Shown here: one piece after another, positions 1-9,475 of the stretch | Position numbering within the stretch: position 1 is the stretch's first letter | How the letters are laid out: each line of letters starts with the position of its first letter | Source of the DNA: an uncultured Propionibacterium sp. | GTDB taxonomy: Bacteria > Actinomycetota > Actinomycetes > Propionibacteriales > Propionibacteriaceae | Assembly (NCBI RefSeq): GCF_963539965.1 | Contig: NZ_CAUTOU010000001.1 | Span: forward strand, 6,479 to 70,478 | Direction: 5' to 3' | Length of the DNA stretch: 64,000 nt | Translations under genes and position numbers: made by a program | Notes under the pieces: model-generated | Databases searched by the model: none | Told to the model about the DNA's origin: nothing | The model's input: only the letters and a program-made list of their open reading frames with translations

Positions 1-1
1 C

Positions 2-427
2 GCGGTGACGCTGTGGATGATGTGGAACCGCACCCGCCCCGGCCACCGCGGCGGGACGGCCCGCACGTTCTCCACGAACCCGGTCGCACGCTGGGCCTAC
101 GGCTCCATGGGCGGGTTCACCACCATGGTCGCCAACGCCGGCGGCCCGCCGATGACGATGTACTTCGTGGCCTCCGGTTTCGACGTACTGCGCTTCATGG
201 GAACGCAGGCCTACTTCTTCTTCTTCGTCAATTTGGCGAAGGTCCCCTTCCAGGCGGGTCTCGGGCTGTTCTCGGCGCGCTCGCTGAGCGCCGATGCCGC
301 CCTGCTGGTACCGCTGGCCCTGGGCGCCCTCTTCGGGGGATTCGTCATCGAACGGATCAACGCCGCCGTCTTCGACGCCCTCGTCATCGCCCTGACGATC
401 GGCTCCTCGATCTTCCTCCTCATCTGA
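2..427 (+). CDS. TauE/SafE-family anion exporter-like membrane protein, C-terminal part (5' end outside window)
   Basis: Frame is open from the window edge to the stop at 425-427. TM-rich sequence with ANAGGPPMTMYF and GALFGG segments typical of TauE/SafE permeases. Confidence 0.65.
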   Translation, partial: AVTLWMMWNRTRPGHRGGTARTFSTNPVARWAYGSMGGFTTMVANAGGPPMTMYFVASGFDVLRFMGTQAYFFFFVNLAKVPFQAGLGLFSARSLSADAALLVPLALGALFGGFVIERINAAVFDALVIALTIGSSIFLLI

Positions 428-601
428 TCCGTCCGAGAAGGCGGCAGCACGCCCGTCCCGCTCCCCGGTCGGCGCCAGCCCCCGAGACCGCTCCGCTGCT
501 CCCCGACGGTCTGTGGCATGGTGTGGCGGTGCCCCGCCGGGGCGCATCCGCAGGACGAGAACAGAGAGGGCCGCATCGCAATGCGGCGGTCGGGGTATGT
601 C

Positions 602-1909
602 ATGACAACGAGCACACCGCGGGGAGCCTCCCGCCCCGCAGTACCCACCGCGCTCAGGGGCGGCTGGCGGAACTACCGCTTCCCGCTGCTGATCATCGCC
701 GGCGTCCTCACCGGCGCCGTCGCCGGACTGGTCCTGGGCGAGAGGGCCGCCGTCCTCAGGCCCTTCGGCACGGTCTTCATCAACATGATGTTCACGCTCG
801 TGGTCCCGCTGGTCTTCTTCTCGATCTCCTCCGCCGTCGCGGCGATGGACTCGGCCAAACGGCTGGGCCGGATCATGGTCGCGATGATGTGCGTCTTCAT
901 CGTCACCGGCATCGTCGCCTCCGTCCTGATGATCGCCGCACTCGGCGTCTTCAGCCCGCTGCAGAGCCTCACCATCGAGCTCACCGATCCCGGCAGCACC
1001 GATTCGACCGGCTCCATCGGCGACCAGATCATCCGGGCCATCACGGTCGACGACTTCTCCGGCCTGCTCAGCGCCAAGTCGATGCTGCCACTGATCATCT
1101 TCGCCGTCCTGGTCGGCTTCGCCGCGACCGGCGCCGGCGAGAGGGGGAGGCCCTTCAGGGACCTCCTGGCCTCGGCCAGCGAGGTCTTCATGAGACTGAC
1201 GTCGATCGTCATGTATTACGCGCCGATCGGCCTGGGCGCCTACTTCGCGGCCCTCATCGGCCAGCTCGGCGCCCAGCTCGTCGGCGGCTACGCGAGGGCC
1301 TTCGTCGTCTACTTCCCCGTCGCCACCGTCTACTTCCTGGGGGCGTTCACCCTGTACGGTTTCATCTCCGGCGGCCGCGAAGGCGTCAGACGCTTCTGGC
1401 GCAACATCCTGGAACCGACTGCCGTGGCCTTCGGCACGGGCTCCTCGGTGGCGTCCATACCGGCGAACCTGCGCGCGGCCAACAGGACCGGCGTTCCGGC
1501 CGACATCTCCGAGACGATCATTCCGATCGGCGCAACGATCCACATGGAGGGCTCCTGCCTGAGCGCCATCTTGAAGATCGCCTTCCTCTTCGCCCTCTTC
1601 GACCAGAACCTGTTCACGCCGAGGAATGTGCTCATCGCCGTGGGCGTCGCACTGCTGTCGGGCATGGTCATGTCCGGCATCCCCTCCGGCGGTTTCATCG
1701 GCGAGATGATGATCGTGACGCTCTACGGCTTCCCGGCCTCGTCCCTGCCCGTCATCTCCCTGATAGGCACGGTCATCGACGCCCCGGCGACCACCATCAA
1801 CGCCGTGGGCGACAACTCATCGAGCATGCTGGTGGCGCGCATCCTGGATGGCAGGGACTGGATGGCCAGGGGACGCGCCGCCAACGAGGCCGCGGGCCTC
1901 CTCGACTGA
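602..1909 (+). CDS. Dicarboxylate/amino acid:cation symporter (DAACS/SDF family)
   Basis: ORF 518-1909. Multi-TM protein with GTGSSVASIPANL and GATIHMEGS segments matching the conserved SSxA(T)LP and NMDGT motifs of GltP/DctA-type carriers. ATG 602 lies just before the first TM helix; 518 or 581 are possible alternative starts. Confidence 0.85.
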   Translation: MTTSTPRGASRPAVPTALRGGWRNYRFPLLIIAGVLTGAVAGLVLGERAAVLRPFGTVFINMMFTLVVPLVFFSISSAVAAMDSAKRLGRIMVAMMCVFIVTGIVASVLMIAALGVFSPLQSLTIELTDPGSTDSTGSIGDQIIRAITVDDFSGLLSAKSMLPLIIFAVLVGFAATGAGERGRPFRDLLASASEVFMRLTSIVMYYAPIGLGAYFAALIGQLGAQLVGGYARAFVVYFPVATVYFLGAFTLYGFISGGREGVRRFWRNILEPTAVAFGTGSSVASIPANLRAANRTGVPADISETIIPIGATIHMEGSCLSAILKIAFLFALFDQNLFTPRNVLIAVGVALLSGMVMSGIPSGGFIGEMMIVTLYGFPASSLPVISLIGTVIDAPATTINAVGDNSSSMLVARILDGRDWMARGRAANEAAGLLD

Positions 1910-1939
1910 TATGTGACCCTTTGTTGTCAAGGGGGCGCG

Positions 1940-1978
1940 GCGAAGTGGTGTCCCCGGTTTTTGGGGACACCACTTCGC
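1940..1978 (+). terminator. Perfect 16-bp stem / 7-nt loop hairpin 31 nt after the symporter stop
   Basis: GCGAAGTGGTGTCCCC-ggttttt-GGGGACACCACTTCGC. There is no U-tract after the stem, so the terminator role is inferred from position only. Confidence 0.5.
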
Positions 1979-1984
1979 GTTCGT

Positions 1985-3390
1985 GCACGTTGCCGGCGGC
2001 GTTCGGCGTGGTCGTCGACGCGATGGTCAGACTGACATGCGCGGGCTGGTTACCGCTTGACGGGTTGTTCGGCAGAGGCGGAGCCGCTGGTCTGAGGACG
2101 AACCCGCGGCGGGGTTCGCAGTCGAAACACGGGTCACCCCGATACGCGTGCCAACCGGCGCCGTGAACGTTCCGTGTGGCCTGCGGGAGTTCACATGGTG
2201 GCCAGCGTCCAGCACCAGCCGGCGAGCTCGCGGGCGATCACGGGCCGCTTGTGGCGGGCGTCGAAATCGGGCCAGTGTTCGTGGAGGCGTTCGTTGCCCT
2301 GGCGAGCCTTCGCGACGACGGGTCCCGACGCCTTGCTCCACCTCGCGAACATCGTGTTCCCGGACCGGTAGGCGGGCTTGCGGTGCCATGCTGCCTCCAC
2401 CGGGAGCCGGCGGGCGTGGGTGTTGCCGGCCTTCGTGATCGACGTCACCGCCCGCTTGTCCCCGGTGGATGCCTCGCCCGGTGTCAGACCGAGGAACGCG
2501 CCGATCCCGTTGCCGTCGAACCGGGTCCAGTCACCGACCTCGACCGCCAGCCCGAACCCGGTCAACGTGGCGATCCCTCTCAGGCAACGGAGTCGGTTCA
2601 CGATCGGGGTGAACAGGCTGTCAGCTGCCATGGCTTCGATCTGCCGGTCCAGCTGCGCGCGGCGGGCGGCGGTGAAGATCACGTCCTCATAAGAGCTGTC
2701 GAACGCGGCCCGAGCGCCGGACTGGTCGAATCGGATGCCACGCAGCCACCGCTCGTGGTCAGGGGTCCACGCGCGGCCGCCGCTGTATATGTGCCCGTGC
2801 CGCAGCAACAGCTTCGACAACCGATGCCGAGACGCCATCAGATCGATGCGGGCGTCCTCGCGGGCCCGGACCACGCCGCGAGCCGTGTCCTCGACGATGC
2901 TGGGAACCCGCACCGCGGTGACCTCATCCATCCGCAGCAACCGCGCCAACGGCATCGCGTCCTTGGCGTCGGTCTTCACCCGATCCCCAACCGGACGCAC
3001 GGTCTTCGACGGCGCCGCCACAACACACCTCGTTCCCGCGCTGGTGAAAGCTCGCGCCAACCCGTAGCCAGTGGGCCCGGCCTCATGGGTGACCGCGACC
3101 GGACCCGGCAAAGCGTGGACCCACTCCAGACGACGGCGCCAGCCGGGCCGTCCTCGTAGCACCAGTCTTCGTGTCAATCGCCGCCGCAACCACGCTGCGC
3201 GCGTGCACGTCCGGCCCAACACTCGTACGCTCTGTAAACACCGGGGCCTCTACGACTGTGGACAGACCGACCAGGACCCGCTCCCGCTCGGTAACCCACG
3301 AACATGCGCAGCGCGAGGCCCCGGCCCGTCAACCCCCAACCCATCAGGGGCCACTCATACCGTCTGAGCGGGCTCCCCGCGGACAGAACG
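1985..3390 (-). mobile_element. IS110-family insertion sequence (boundaries approximate)
   Basis: A single DEDD-type transposase gene with about 150 nt of 5' and 200 nt of 3' non-coding flank. It is wedged between the symporter hairpin and the RBS (3389-3396) of the next gene. No terminal inverted repeats seen, as is usual for IS110. Confidence 0.55.
2191..3241 (-). pseudogene. IS110-family transposase, frameshifted
   Basis: The N-terminus VFTERTSVGPDVHARSVVAAAIDTKTG...ARLAPSS reads from GTG 3241 in one frame. The rest (LEWVHALPGPVAVTHEAGPTGYGLA...KTDAKDA...ITKAGNTHARRL, ORF 2191-3222) is in another frame. The frame switch lies around 3121-3136. The usual VGLDVH motif reads VGPDVH. Confidence 0.8.
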
Positions 3391-3400
3391 AAGGAAGAAC

Positions 3401-4447
3401 ATGGATCTGGCACGTTTCCCCCGCCGCCACTACACGGACGGCCCCACGCCGTTCGAGCCGCTGCGCGCCCTGAGCCGGGTGCTCGGCGGACCGCGGGTCT
3501 GGATCAAGCGCGACGACCAGCTCGGTCTGACCGCCGGCGGCAACAAGACCCGCAAGCTCGAATTCCTCGTGGCCGACGCCCTGGCCAAGGGCGCGGACAC
3601 GCTCATCACGGCCGGCGGCGTCCAATCGAACCACGCCCGTCTGACACTGGCCGCCGCTGTGCGCGAGCACTTGGCCTGCCGGCTCGTCCTCGAAGAGGAC
3701 CTGGCCCCGGGCGGCAGTCCGGCGCCCGGGGGCAATCCCCCGGCATACGACGGCAACTACCTGCTGTTCGACCTGCTGGGCGCCGAGAGGGTCGAGACGC
3801 ATCCCAACGGGGCGGATCTCGACGGCCTCATGGAGGAGATGGCTCAGGGCGCCAGAGCCGAGGGCCGCACGCCGTATCTCATCCCGGTCGGCGGTTCCAG
3901 CCCGAGGGGTGCGCTCGGGTACGTCGCAGCGGCCCAGGAGATCATCGCCCAGAGCTCTCAGCTGGACGCCCCCCTGTCGGCCATCGTCGTCCCCAGCGGT
4001 TCGGCCGGCATGCACGTCGGTCTGGTGGTCGGTCTGCACGCGGCCAACACGAACGTCCCGGTCATCGGCATCAACGTGAGCCGCACCGCGACCGACCAGG
4101 AGCCGCGGATCGCCGGACTCGCCGATGAGACGACCGGATTCCTCGACCTGCCCGCCGTGCCGCACGAGACCATCATCAGCCTGGGCGAGTACTTCGCCCC
4201 CGGATACGCGCTCCCGAACGATGCCATGGTCGAGGCCGTGCGCCTGTTCGCCCGCACCGAGGGCATCCTGCTCGACCCGGTGTACACCGGAAAGGCGGCT
4301 GCGGGCCTCATCGACCTGATCCGCAGGGGAACCTGGGGTCCGGACGAGAACGTGCTGCTCGTCCACTCCGGCGGTGTGCCGGGCCTGTGGCCGCGCGCGG
4401 GATTCTTCGCAGCCACGAGCTCGCTGGGCCGATCGGACCAGTCCTAG
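3401..4447 (+). CDS. dcyD: D-cysteine desulfhydrase / ACC deaminase family PLP enzyme
   Basis: 348 aa. IKRDDQLGLTAGGNKTRKLEFLVADA carries the PLP-lysine motif, and GGVQSNH follows. RBS GAAGGAAG lies upstream of ATG 3401. Confidence 0.85.
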   Translation: MDLARFPRRHYTDGPTPFEPLRALSRVLGGPRVWIKRDDQLGLTAGGNKTRKLEFLVADALAKGADTLITAGGVQSNHARLTLAAAVREHLACRLVLEEDLAPGGSPAPGGNPPAYDGNYLLFDLLGAERVETHPNGADLDGLMEEMAQGARAEGRTPYLIPVGGSSPRGALGYVAAAQEIIAQSSQLDAPLSAIVVPSGSAGMHVGLVVGLHAANTNVPVIGINVSRTATDQEPRIAGLADETTGFLDLPAVPHETIISLGEYFAPGYALPNDAMVEAVRLFARTEGILLDPVYTGKAAAGLIDLIRRGTWGPDENVLLVHSGGVPGLWPRAGFFAATSSLGRSDQS

Positions 4448-6156
4448 GTCCTGCGACCGGCCCTGGCGGCCTTGCGCTGCAGAGCCGCCCACTCGTCGCG
4501 CAGGCCCACCGTGCGATGGAACAGGCCCTTCGTGTACGGGTCCGCGGCGAAGTAGCCCAGACGCTCGAACTGGATGACCTGACCGGGCTCGACATCGGCG
4601 ATCGCGGCCTCGCCCTTGGCGTCGGGCAGCAGTTCGCGGGAATCGGGGTTGAGGTCGTCGAGCGGCTCACCGGTGGCCTCGCCGGGATTCGGCGCGGCGA
4701 ACAGGCGGCCGTAGAGGGCCACCTCGACGTCGACGGCGTGTGAGGCGCTGACCCAGTGCATCGTCGACTTCACCTTGCGGCCATCGGGGGCGTCGCCGCC
4801 GCGCGTGGCCGGATCGTAGGCGGCGTGCACCTCGACCAGATCGCCGTTCTCGTCCTTGACCACGCCGGTGGCGGTGATGAAGTAGGCGCCGCGCAGCCGG
4901 ACCTCGCGGCCGGGCGCCAAGCGGAAGAACTTCGGCGGGGGCACCTCGGCGAAGTCCTCCTGCTCGATGTACAGGTCCCCGGTGAAGGCCACCTCGCGCG
5001 CGCCGTCGTCCGGGTTCTCCGGGTTGTTCGTCAGCCTGAAGTGCTCGACAACGGGCGCGCCGTTCTCGTCCGCCGGCCAGTTGTCGATGATCAGGTGCAG
5101 CGGACGCGTGACGACCATGCGGCGCTGACTCGCCGTGTTGAGCTCGCGGCGGACGAAGGACTCGAGCTCCTCGATGTTGTGACGCGAGTTGGTGCGCGTC
5201 GTGCCGATGTAGGTGCAGAAGTCGCGCACCGCCCGGGCCGGGTAGCCGCGACGGCGCAGACCGCGCAGCGTGGGCATGCGCGGGTCGTCCCAGCCGTCGA
5301 CGACGCCGTCGGCGACGAGCCCGGCCAGGCGCCGCTTGGAGGTGATCGTGTGGGTGAGTTCCAGGCGGGCGAACTCGATCTGGCGCGGCTGGCCGGCCGG
5401 CAGCGGGAGGTGGCTGAGATACCAGTCGTACAGCGGGCGGTGAGTGTCGAACTCCAGGGTGCACAGCGAGTGGGTGACCCCTTCGATGGCGTCGGACTGA
5501 CCGTGCGCCCAGTCGTAGGTCGGGTAGATGGGCCATTGCGTACCGGTCTGGTGGTGCTCGGCGTGGCGGATGCGGTACATCACCGGATCGCGCAGGAGCA
5601 TCGTGTCGGAGGCCATGTCTATCCTGGCGCGCAGTACGCGGGAGCCGTCGGGGAACTCACCGGCGCGCATGCGGGCGAACAGGCCGAGGTTCTCCTCGAC
5701 CGAGCGGTCCCGATAGGGGCTCTCGACGCCGGGCCTGCCGAATCCGCCGCGCTGGGCGGAGATCGTCTCGTTGTCCTGGTCGTCGACGTAGGCCAGACCG
5801 CGCCTGATCAGATGACACGCCCACTGGTAGAGCTGCTCGAAGTAGCCGGAGGCGTGCCGGACAGCGGCCGGCTCGTACCCGAGCCAGGCGATGTCGTCGA
5901 GGATCGACTGGACGAACTCGGGGTCCTCCGCCACCGGGTTGGTGTCGTCGAGGCGCACATTGCACACGCCTCCGAATCTCTCGGCGGTGCCGAAGTCGAC
6001 GGTGATGGCCTTGGCATGGCCGATGTGCAGATACCCGTTCGGTTCAGGCGGGAAGCGCGTCTGGACGCGCCCTCCGTACCTGCCGTCCTCGATGTCGTGC
6101 TCGATCGCGTCGCCGATGAAATCGCCGGCGCCGCCGCTCGTCCCCGCGTTCGCCAT
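4444..6156 (-). CDS. glnS: Glutamine--tRNA ligase
   Basis: 570 aa from ATG 6156. TRFPPEPNGYLHIGHAKAITVDFG...VRLDDTNPVAEDPEFV is near-identical in pattern to E. coli GlnRS, with an ITSKR (KMSKS-like) loop and a C-terminal beta-barrel anticodon-binding region. The in-frame extension to 6861 is non-coding read-through. Confidence 0.93.
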   Translation of the reverse strand: MANAGTSGGAGDFIGDAIEHDIEDGRYGGRVQTRFPPEPNGYLHIGHAKAITVDFGTAERFGGVCNVRLDDTNPVAEDPEFVQSILDDIAWLGYEPAAVRHASGYFEQLYQWACHLIRRGLAYVDDQDNETISAQRGGFGRPGVESPYRDRSVEENLGLFARMRAGEFPDGSRVLRARIDMASDTMLLRDPVMYRIRHAEHHQTGTQWPIYPTYDWAHGQSDAIEGVTHSLCTLEFDTHRPLYDWYLSHLPLPAGQPRQIEFARLELTHTITSKRRLAGLVADGVVDGWDDPRMPTLRGLRRRGYPARAVRDFCTYIGTTRTNSRHNIEELESFVRRELNTASQRRMVVTRPLHLIIDNWPADENGAPVVEHFRLTNNPENPDDGAREVAFTGDLYIEQEDFAEVPPPKFFRLAPGREVRLRGAYFITATGVVKDENGDLVEVHAAYDPATRGGDAPDGRKVKSTMHWVSASHAVDVEVALYGRLFAAPNPGEATGEPLDDLNPDSRELLPDAKGEAAIADVEPGQVIQFERLGYFAADPYTKGLFHRTVGLRDEWAALQRKAARAGRRT

Positions 6157-6176
6157 GGCGGTCAAGTTAGCACGCG

Positions 6177-6797
6177 TCACGCACCCTGCCCCCACTGCGG
6201 CGAGGCGTTGAAGTGGTCCAGGCGCCACCCCGCGCTCGTGGGCGTCAGGCCGGTCGAGCAGCAGTTGTCCATGGAGTCGAGACGCCACACGGCCTCGATG
6301 CCCCAGCCGAACATGGCCGCGGTGCCCATCCGGATGGCGGTGCCGTGCGAGAAGACGAGCACGGCACCGGCGGGCGAGGACTCGTGGATCTGCGCGAGCA
6401 CCCGGCTCATGCGCCGCTGGACGAGAACGCCGGACTCGCCGCCGGGCCATAGGAAATCCTGTCCGACGCGCCAGCCGGCTATCTCCGGGTCCAGGGCCAG
6501 CGCCTCCTCCCAGACGTGTCCTTCGGCTCTGCCGAAGTCCATCTCCTTGAGGCGGTCGTCGGTGCGGATGTCGAGCCCGGTCACGGCGGCCACCTCGGCC
6601 GCCGTGTCGTGGGCCCGGCTCAGCGGGGAGCTCCAGATCGCAACCGGATCGAGCGATGCGTAGTGGCCGGCGGCGGCCCGGGCCTGCCGCCGCCCTGTCT
6701 CGTCCAGGGGGATGTCCGTGGCACCCTGCCAGCGCCGCTGAGCGTTCCATTCGGTCTGACCATGACGAACCAGGATCAGACGGGGTCTGACCGGCAT
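6177..6797 (-). CDS. Histidine phosphatase (phosphoglycerate mutase-like) family protein
   Basis: 206 aa. LILVRHGQTEWN (RHG motif) and a downstream SHGTAIR histidine. Confidence 0.85.
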   Translation of the reverse strand: MPVRPRLILVRHGQTEWNAQRRWQGATDIPLDETGRRQARAAAGHYASLDPVAIWSSPLSRAHDTAAEVAAVTGLDIRTDDRLKEMDFGRAEGHVWEEALALDPEIAGWRVGQDFLWPGGESGVLVQRRMSRVLAQIHESSPAGAVLVFSHGTAIRMGTAAMFGWGIEAVWRLDSMDNCCSTGLTPTSAGWRLDHFNASPQWGQGA

Positions 6798-7035
6798 CGT
6801 TCCCCCTCTCTGCGGACCGGCTCACCCCGGTCGGCCGTACAAGCCTATTAGTGCTCATCAACGCGGACGGATTCCCCTCGGGAGCCGTCGGTGCCGCACG
6901 ATCTTCCGTCCGGGGCCGCCGGCCGCGACCGGAAACGAGAAAATGTTCAGCGAACGGCTACGAGAGGACAACACTTCCGGCGGGCACTAGCGTAGGCCCT
7001 CCGAAGAATCTTCTCCCACTGGCGAAGGATAAACC

Positions 7036-8007
7036 ATGAATCGTCGCGCTCTGCTCTCCGCCGCAGGCCTCGCCGCGCTGGCCGGTCCCCTGGCCGCCTG
7101 TTCCTCCGACTCCGGCGACTCGGGTTCCTCCCCCAGCTATTCGATCGGCATCATGCAGGTCCTCACCCACGGTTCGCTGGACGCCGCACGCGAGGGCTTC
7201 GAGGCCGCCTTCGCCGATGCCGGCATCGCCTGCCGGTTCGACGAGAAGAACGCCCAGGGAGACCAGGGCACTGCGACGAGCATCGCCTCGGAGTTCTCCT
7301 CCCAGGGCCTCGATCTGGTTCTGGCCATCGGCACCCCGGCGGCCCAGGCGGCCGCCCAGGCCATCACCCAGGTGCCCGTCCTGTTCACCGCCGTCACCGA
7401 CCCGGTCAGCGCTCAGCTCGTCGCCTCCTCGGAGGCCCCCGGCGGCAATGTCACCGGCACGAGCGACATGAACCCGGTCGCCGAGCAGATCGGCCTCATC
7501 AAGCAGATCAAGCCCGAGGCCTCCTCTGTCGGCCTCCTCCACTCCGCCGGCGAGGTCAACTCGCAGGTCCAGATCGACCTGGCCCGTACCGCCGCCGAGG
7601 ACCAGGACCTGTCGGTCCGGGAGAGAACGATCACCAACGCCGCCGAGCTTCAGCAGGCCGCCGAGGCCCTCGACGTCGACGCCATCTACGTGCCGACCGA
7701 CAACAACGTGGTCTCCGGCCTGGCCACGATCGTGGCGCTCTGCGAGAACCGCAGGATCCCGCTCGTCGTCGCCGAGGGCGACTCGGTGCGCAACGGCGGC
7801 GTCATCACCTATGGCATCGACTACACCAGGCTCGGCCGGCAGACCGGCGAGATGGCCATCAGGATCCTGCGCGACGGCGCCGATCCGGCTACCGTGCCCG
7901 TCCAGACCCAGTCCGACCTGACCGTCTACGTCAACGAGACCGCCGCGGCCGCCATGGGCGTCACGATCCCCGCAGACCTGCTCGACGGCGCGGAGAGGGT
8001 CGGCTGA
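7036..8007 (+). CDS. ABC transporter substrate-binding lipoprotein (ABC_sub_bind / DUF534-like family)
   Basis: 323 aa. Signal peptide with lipobox LAAC, then IGIMQVLTHGSLD...NAQGDQ...AIGTPAAQAA...FTAVTDPV...GGNVTGTSD, typical of this family. No permease or ATPase gene follows. Confidence 0.8.
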   Translation: MNRRALLSAAGLAALAGPLAACSSDSGDSGSSPSYSIGIMQVLTHGSLDAAREGFEAAFADAGIACRFDEKNAQGDQGTATSIASEFSSQGLDLVLAIGTPAAQAAAQAITQVPVLFTAVTDPVSAQLVASSEAPGGNVTGTSDMNPVAEQIGLIKQIKPEASSVGLLHSAGEVNSQVQIDLARTAAEDQDLSVRERTITNAAELQQAAEALDVDAIYVPTDNNVVSGLATIVALCENRRIPLVVAEGDSVRNGGVITYGIDYTRLGRQTGEMAIRILRDGADPATVPVQTQSDLTVYVNETAAAAMGVTIPADLLDGAERVG

Positions 8008-8354
8008 TCGGGCGCCCGGAGCCATCGAACCGGGCCTGCTCGCGGGCTCACGGCCCTGTGGTTCCGCCTCATTCTCCGGGTCCTCGACTTCACGGACCCG
8101 ATGGTCGACGGCGGCTCCACCGCGGACGCGCGGGTCTGCGCTCCGATCATCACCCGCGGCGGCAATCCATCCGGACGCCGCGCGTCTGGGATCCGGCCGC
8201 CCCCGGAGCGAACGCGCCCGGAATTCCTGCCCAACCCACCGGGTAAAGTTGAGTCAGGTTCGCTGAAGTTTCGGGAATGAATCGTGCCCCCTAAGCGTTG
8301 CACCGGTATGCGTCGAGCGCAGGAATGCACGCGATGCGAGTGCAGGAGGAAAAC

Positions 8355-9398
8355 ATGTTCGAGCCCACACCGCTGTTCCACTACGAGAGCTCCATCGATC
8401 AGCGCACGGTCCACGACCGCGTCCTGGTGATCACCCTGGGCAGCTACGGAGACGCAGGTTCGGCCCAGGCCCAGCTCGACAGGCACCTGTTCAATACTCT
8501 CGTCCATCGCAAGCTCGGCTCCTTCGACGTCGATCAGATCATGGACTACCGCGAGCACCGTCCCATGATCGACCTGGACCTCGACCACTACGCCAACTAC
8601 GAGGCGCCCGCGATGGAGTTGCATGAGCTCATCGACAAGTCCGGAGCGCCCTTCCTGCTGCTGACCGGTCCCGAGCCGTCGTTGCAGTGGGAACGCATCG
8701 CGAGCTCGATCGAGCGCATCGTCGACGAGCTCGACGTGCAGCTCGTGGTGACCGCCCAGGGCATTCCCATGCCGGTGCCGCACACCCGCCCGGTCACACT
8801 GACCAGGCTGGCCACGCGCCGAGAGCTGCTGCCCGGGAACCAGGGCATCGGCTCGTTCCGCATGAGCGCATCCTTCTCCTCGATGATGACCCAGCGGCTC
8901 GGCGAGAAGGAACTGGACGTCATCAACCTGGCCGCCCACGTGCCGCAGTACCTGGCGGAGAACGAGTACCCGCAGGCGGTGATCGCCCTGGTGCACGGAT
9001 TGAACCTCAACGCCGGCCTCGAGGTGCCGATGGGAGACCTGGAGCAGTCGGCCCGGCTGGTGCGCGGCCAGATCGACGCCCAGGTGAACGTCTCCGAGCA
9101 GCTGCAACAGGTCATCGCCCAGCTCGAGGGCCAGTACGATCGTTTCATGGCCGACCGCTCCCTGCCGGTGAACGGCGAGAGCCTGCCTGATGCCGACGAG
9201 ATCGGCCAAGCGGTCGAGGACTTCCTCGCGAGCCTGGACAACGGAGGCGCACAGGGCGCCGGCCCCCACGTCCCGAACGAGCAGGAGGGCCAGTCCCCTG
9301 CCGGACCTGCGGGCGGCCCGGAGGACCCCGGCGGCGGGTCCGACGGCACCGGACAGCAGGACGGCCCCGACCCCGAGCAGGGTCAGGACCGGCAGTAG
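8355..9398 (+). CDS. PAC2 (proteasome assembly chaperone 2-like) family protein
   Basis: ATG 8355 is preceded by AGGAGGA. The segment LVITLGSYGDAGSAQ...LLLTGPEPSLQWE...VVTAQGIPMPVPHTRP resembles actinobacterial PAC2 proteins. C-terminal tail is acidic and Pro/Gly-rich. Confidence 0.8.
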   Translation: MFEPTPLFHYESSIDQRTVHDRVLVITLGSYGDAGSAQAQLDRHLFNTLVHRKLGSFDVDQIMDYREHRPMIDLDLDHYANYEAPAMELHELIDKSGAPFLLLTGPEPSLQWERIASSIERIVDELDVQLVVTAQGIPMPVPHTRPVTLTRLATRRELLPGNQGIGSFRMSASFSSMMTQRLGEKELDVINLAAHVPQYLAENEYPQAVIALVHGLNLNAGLEVPMGDLEQSARLVRGQIDAQVNVSEQLQQVIAQLEGQYDRFMADRSLPVNGESLPDADEIGQAVEDFLASLDNGGAQGAGPHVPNEQEGQSPAGPAGGPEDPGGGSDGTGQQDGPDPEQGQDRQ

Positions 9399-9475
9399 CA
9401 CTCGTCGATGGGCGGGACCGCGCGGACACACGCGGGCCGGGCCGTCCGGGTTCTCGCCGAGGTGCGCCCGGCGGT

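Noticed and set aside
4444-6861. 805-aa ORF suggesting a GlnRS with a 235-aa N-terminal extension
   Set aside because: The extension is Arg/Pro-rich nonsense. It also overlaps the well-supported histidine phosphatase gene (6177-6797) in another frame. GlnRS homology starts at ATG 6156.
8058-8246. 62-aa ORF in the 347-nt spacer after the binding-protein gene
   Set aside because: Arg/Pro/Gly-rich, with no RBS and no motif. It is probably non-coding.
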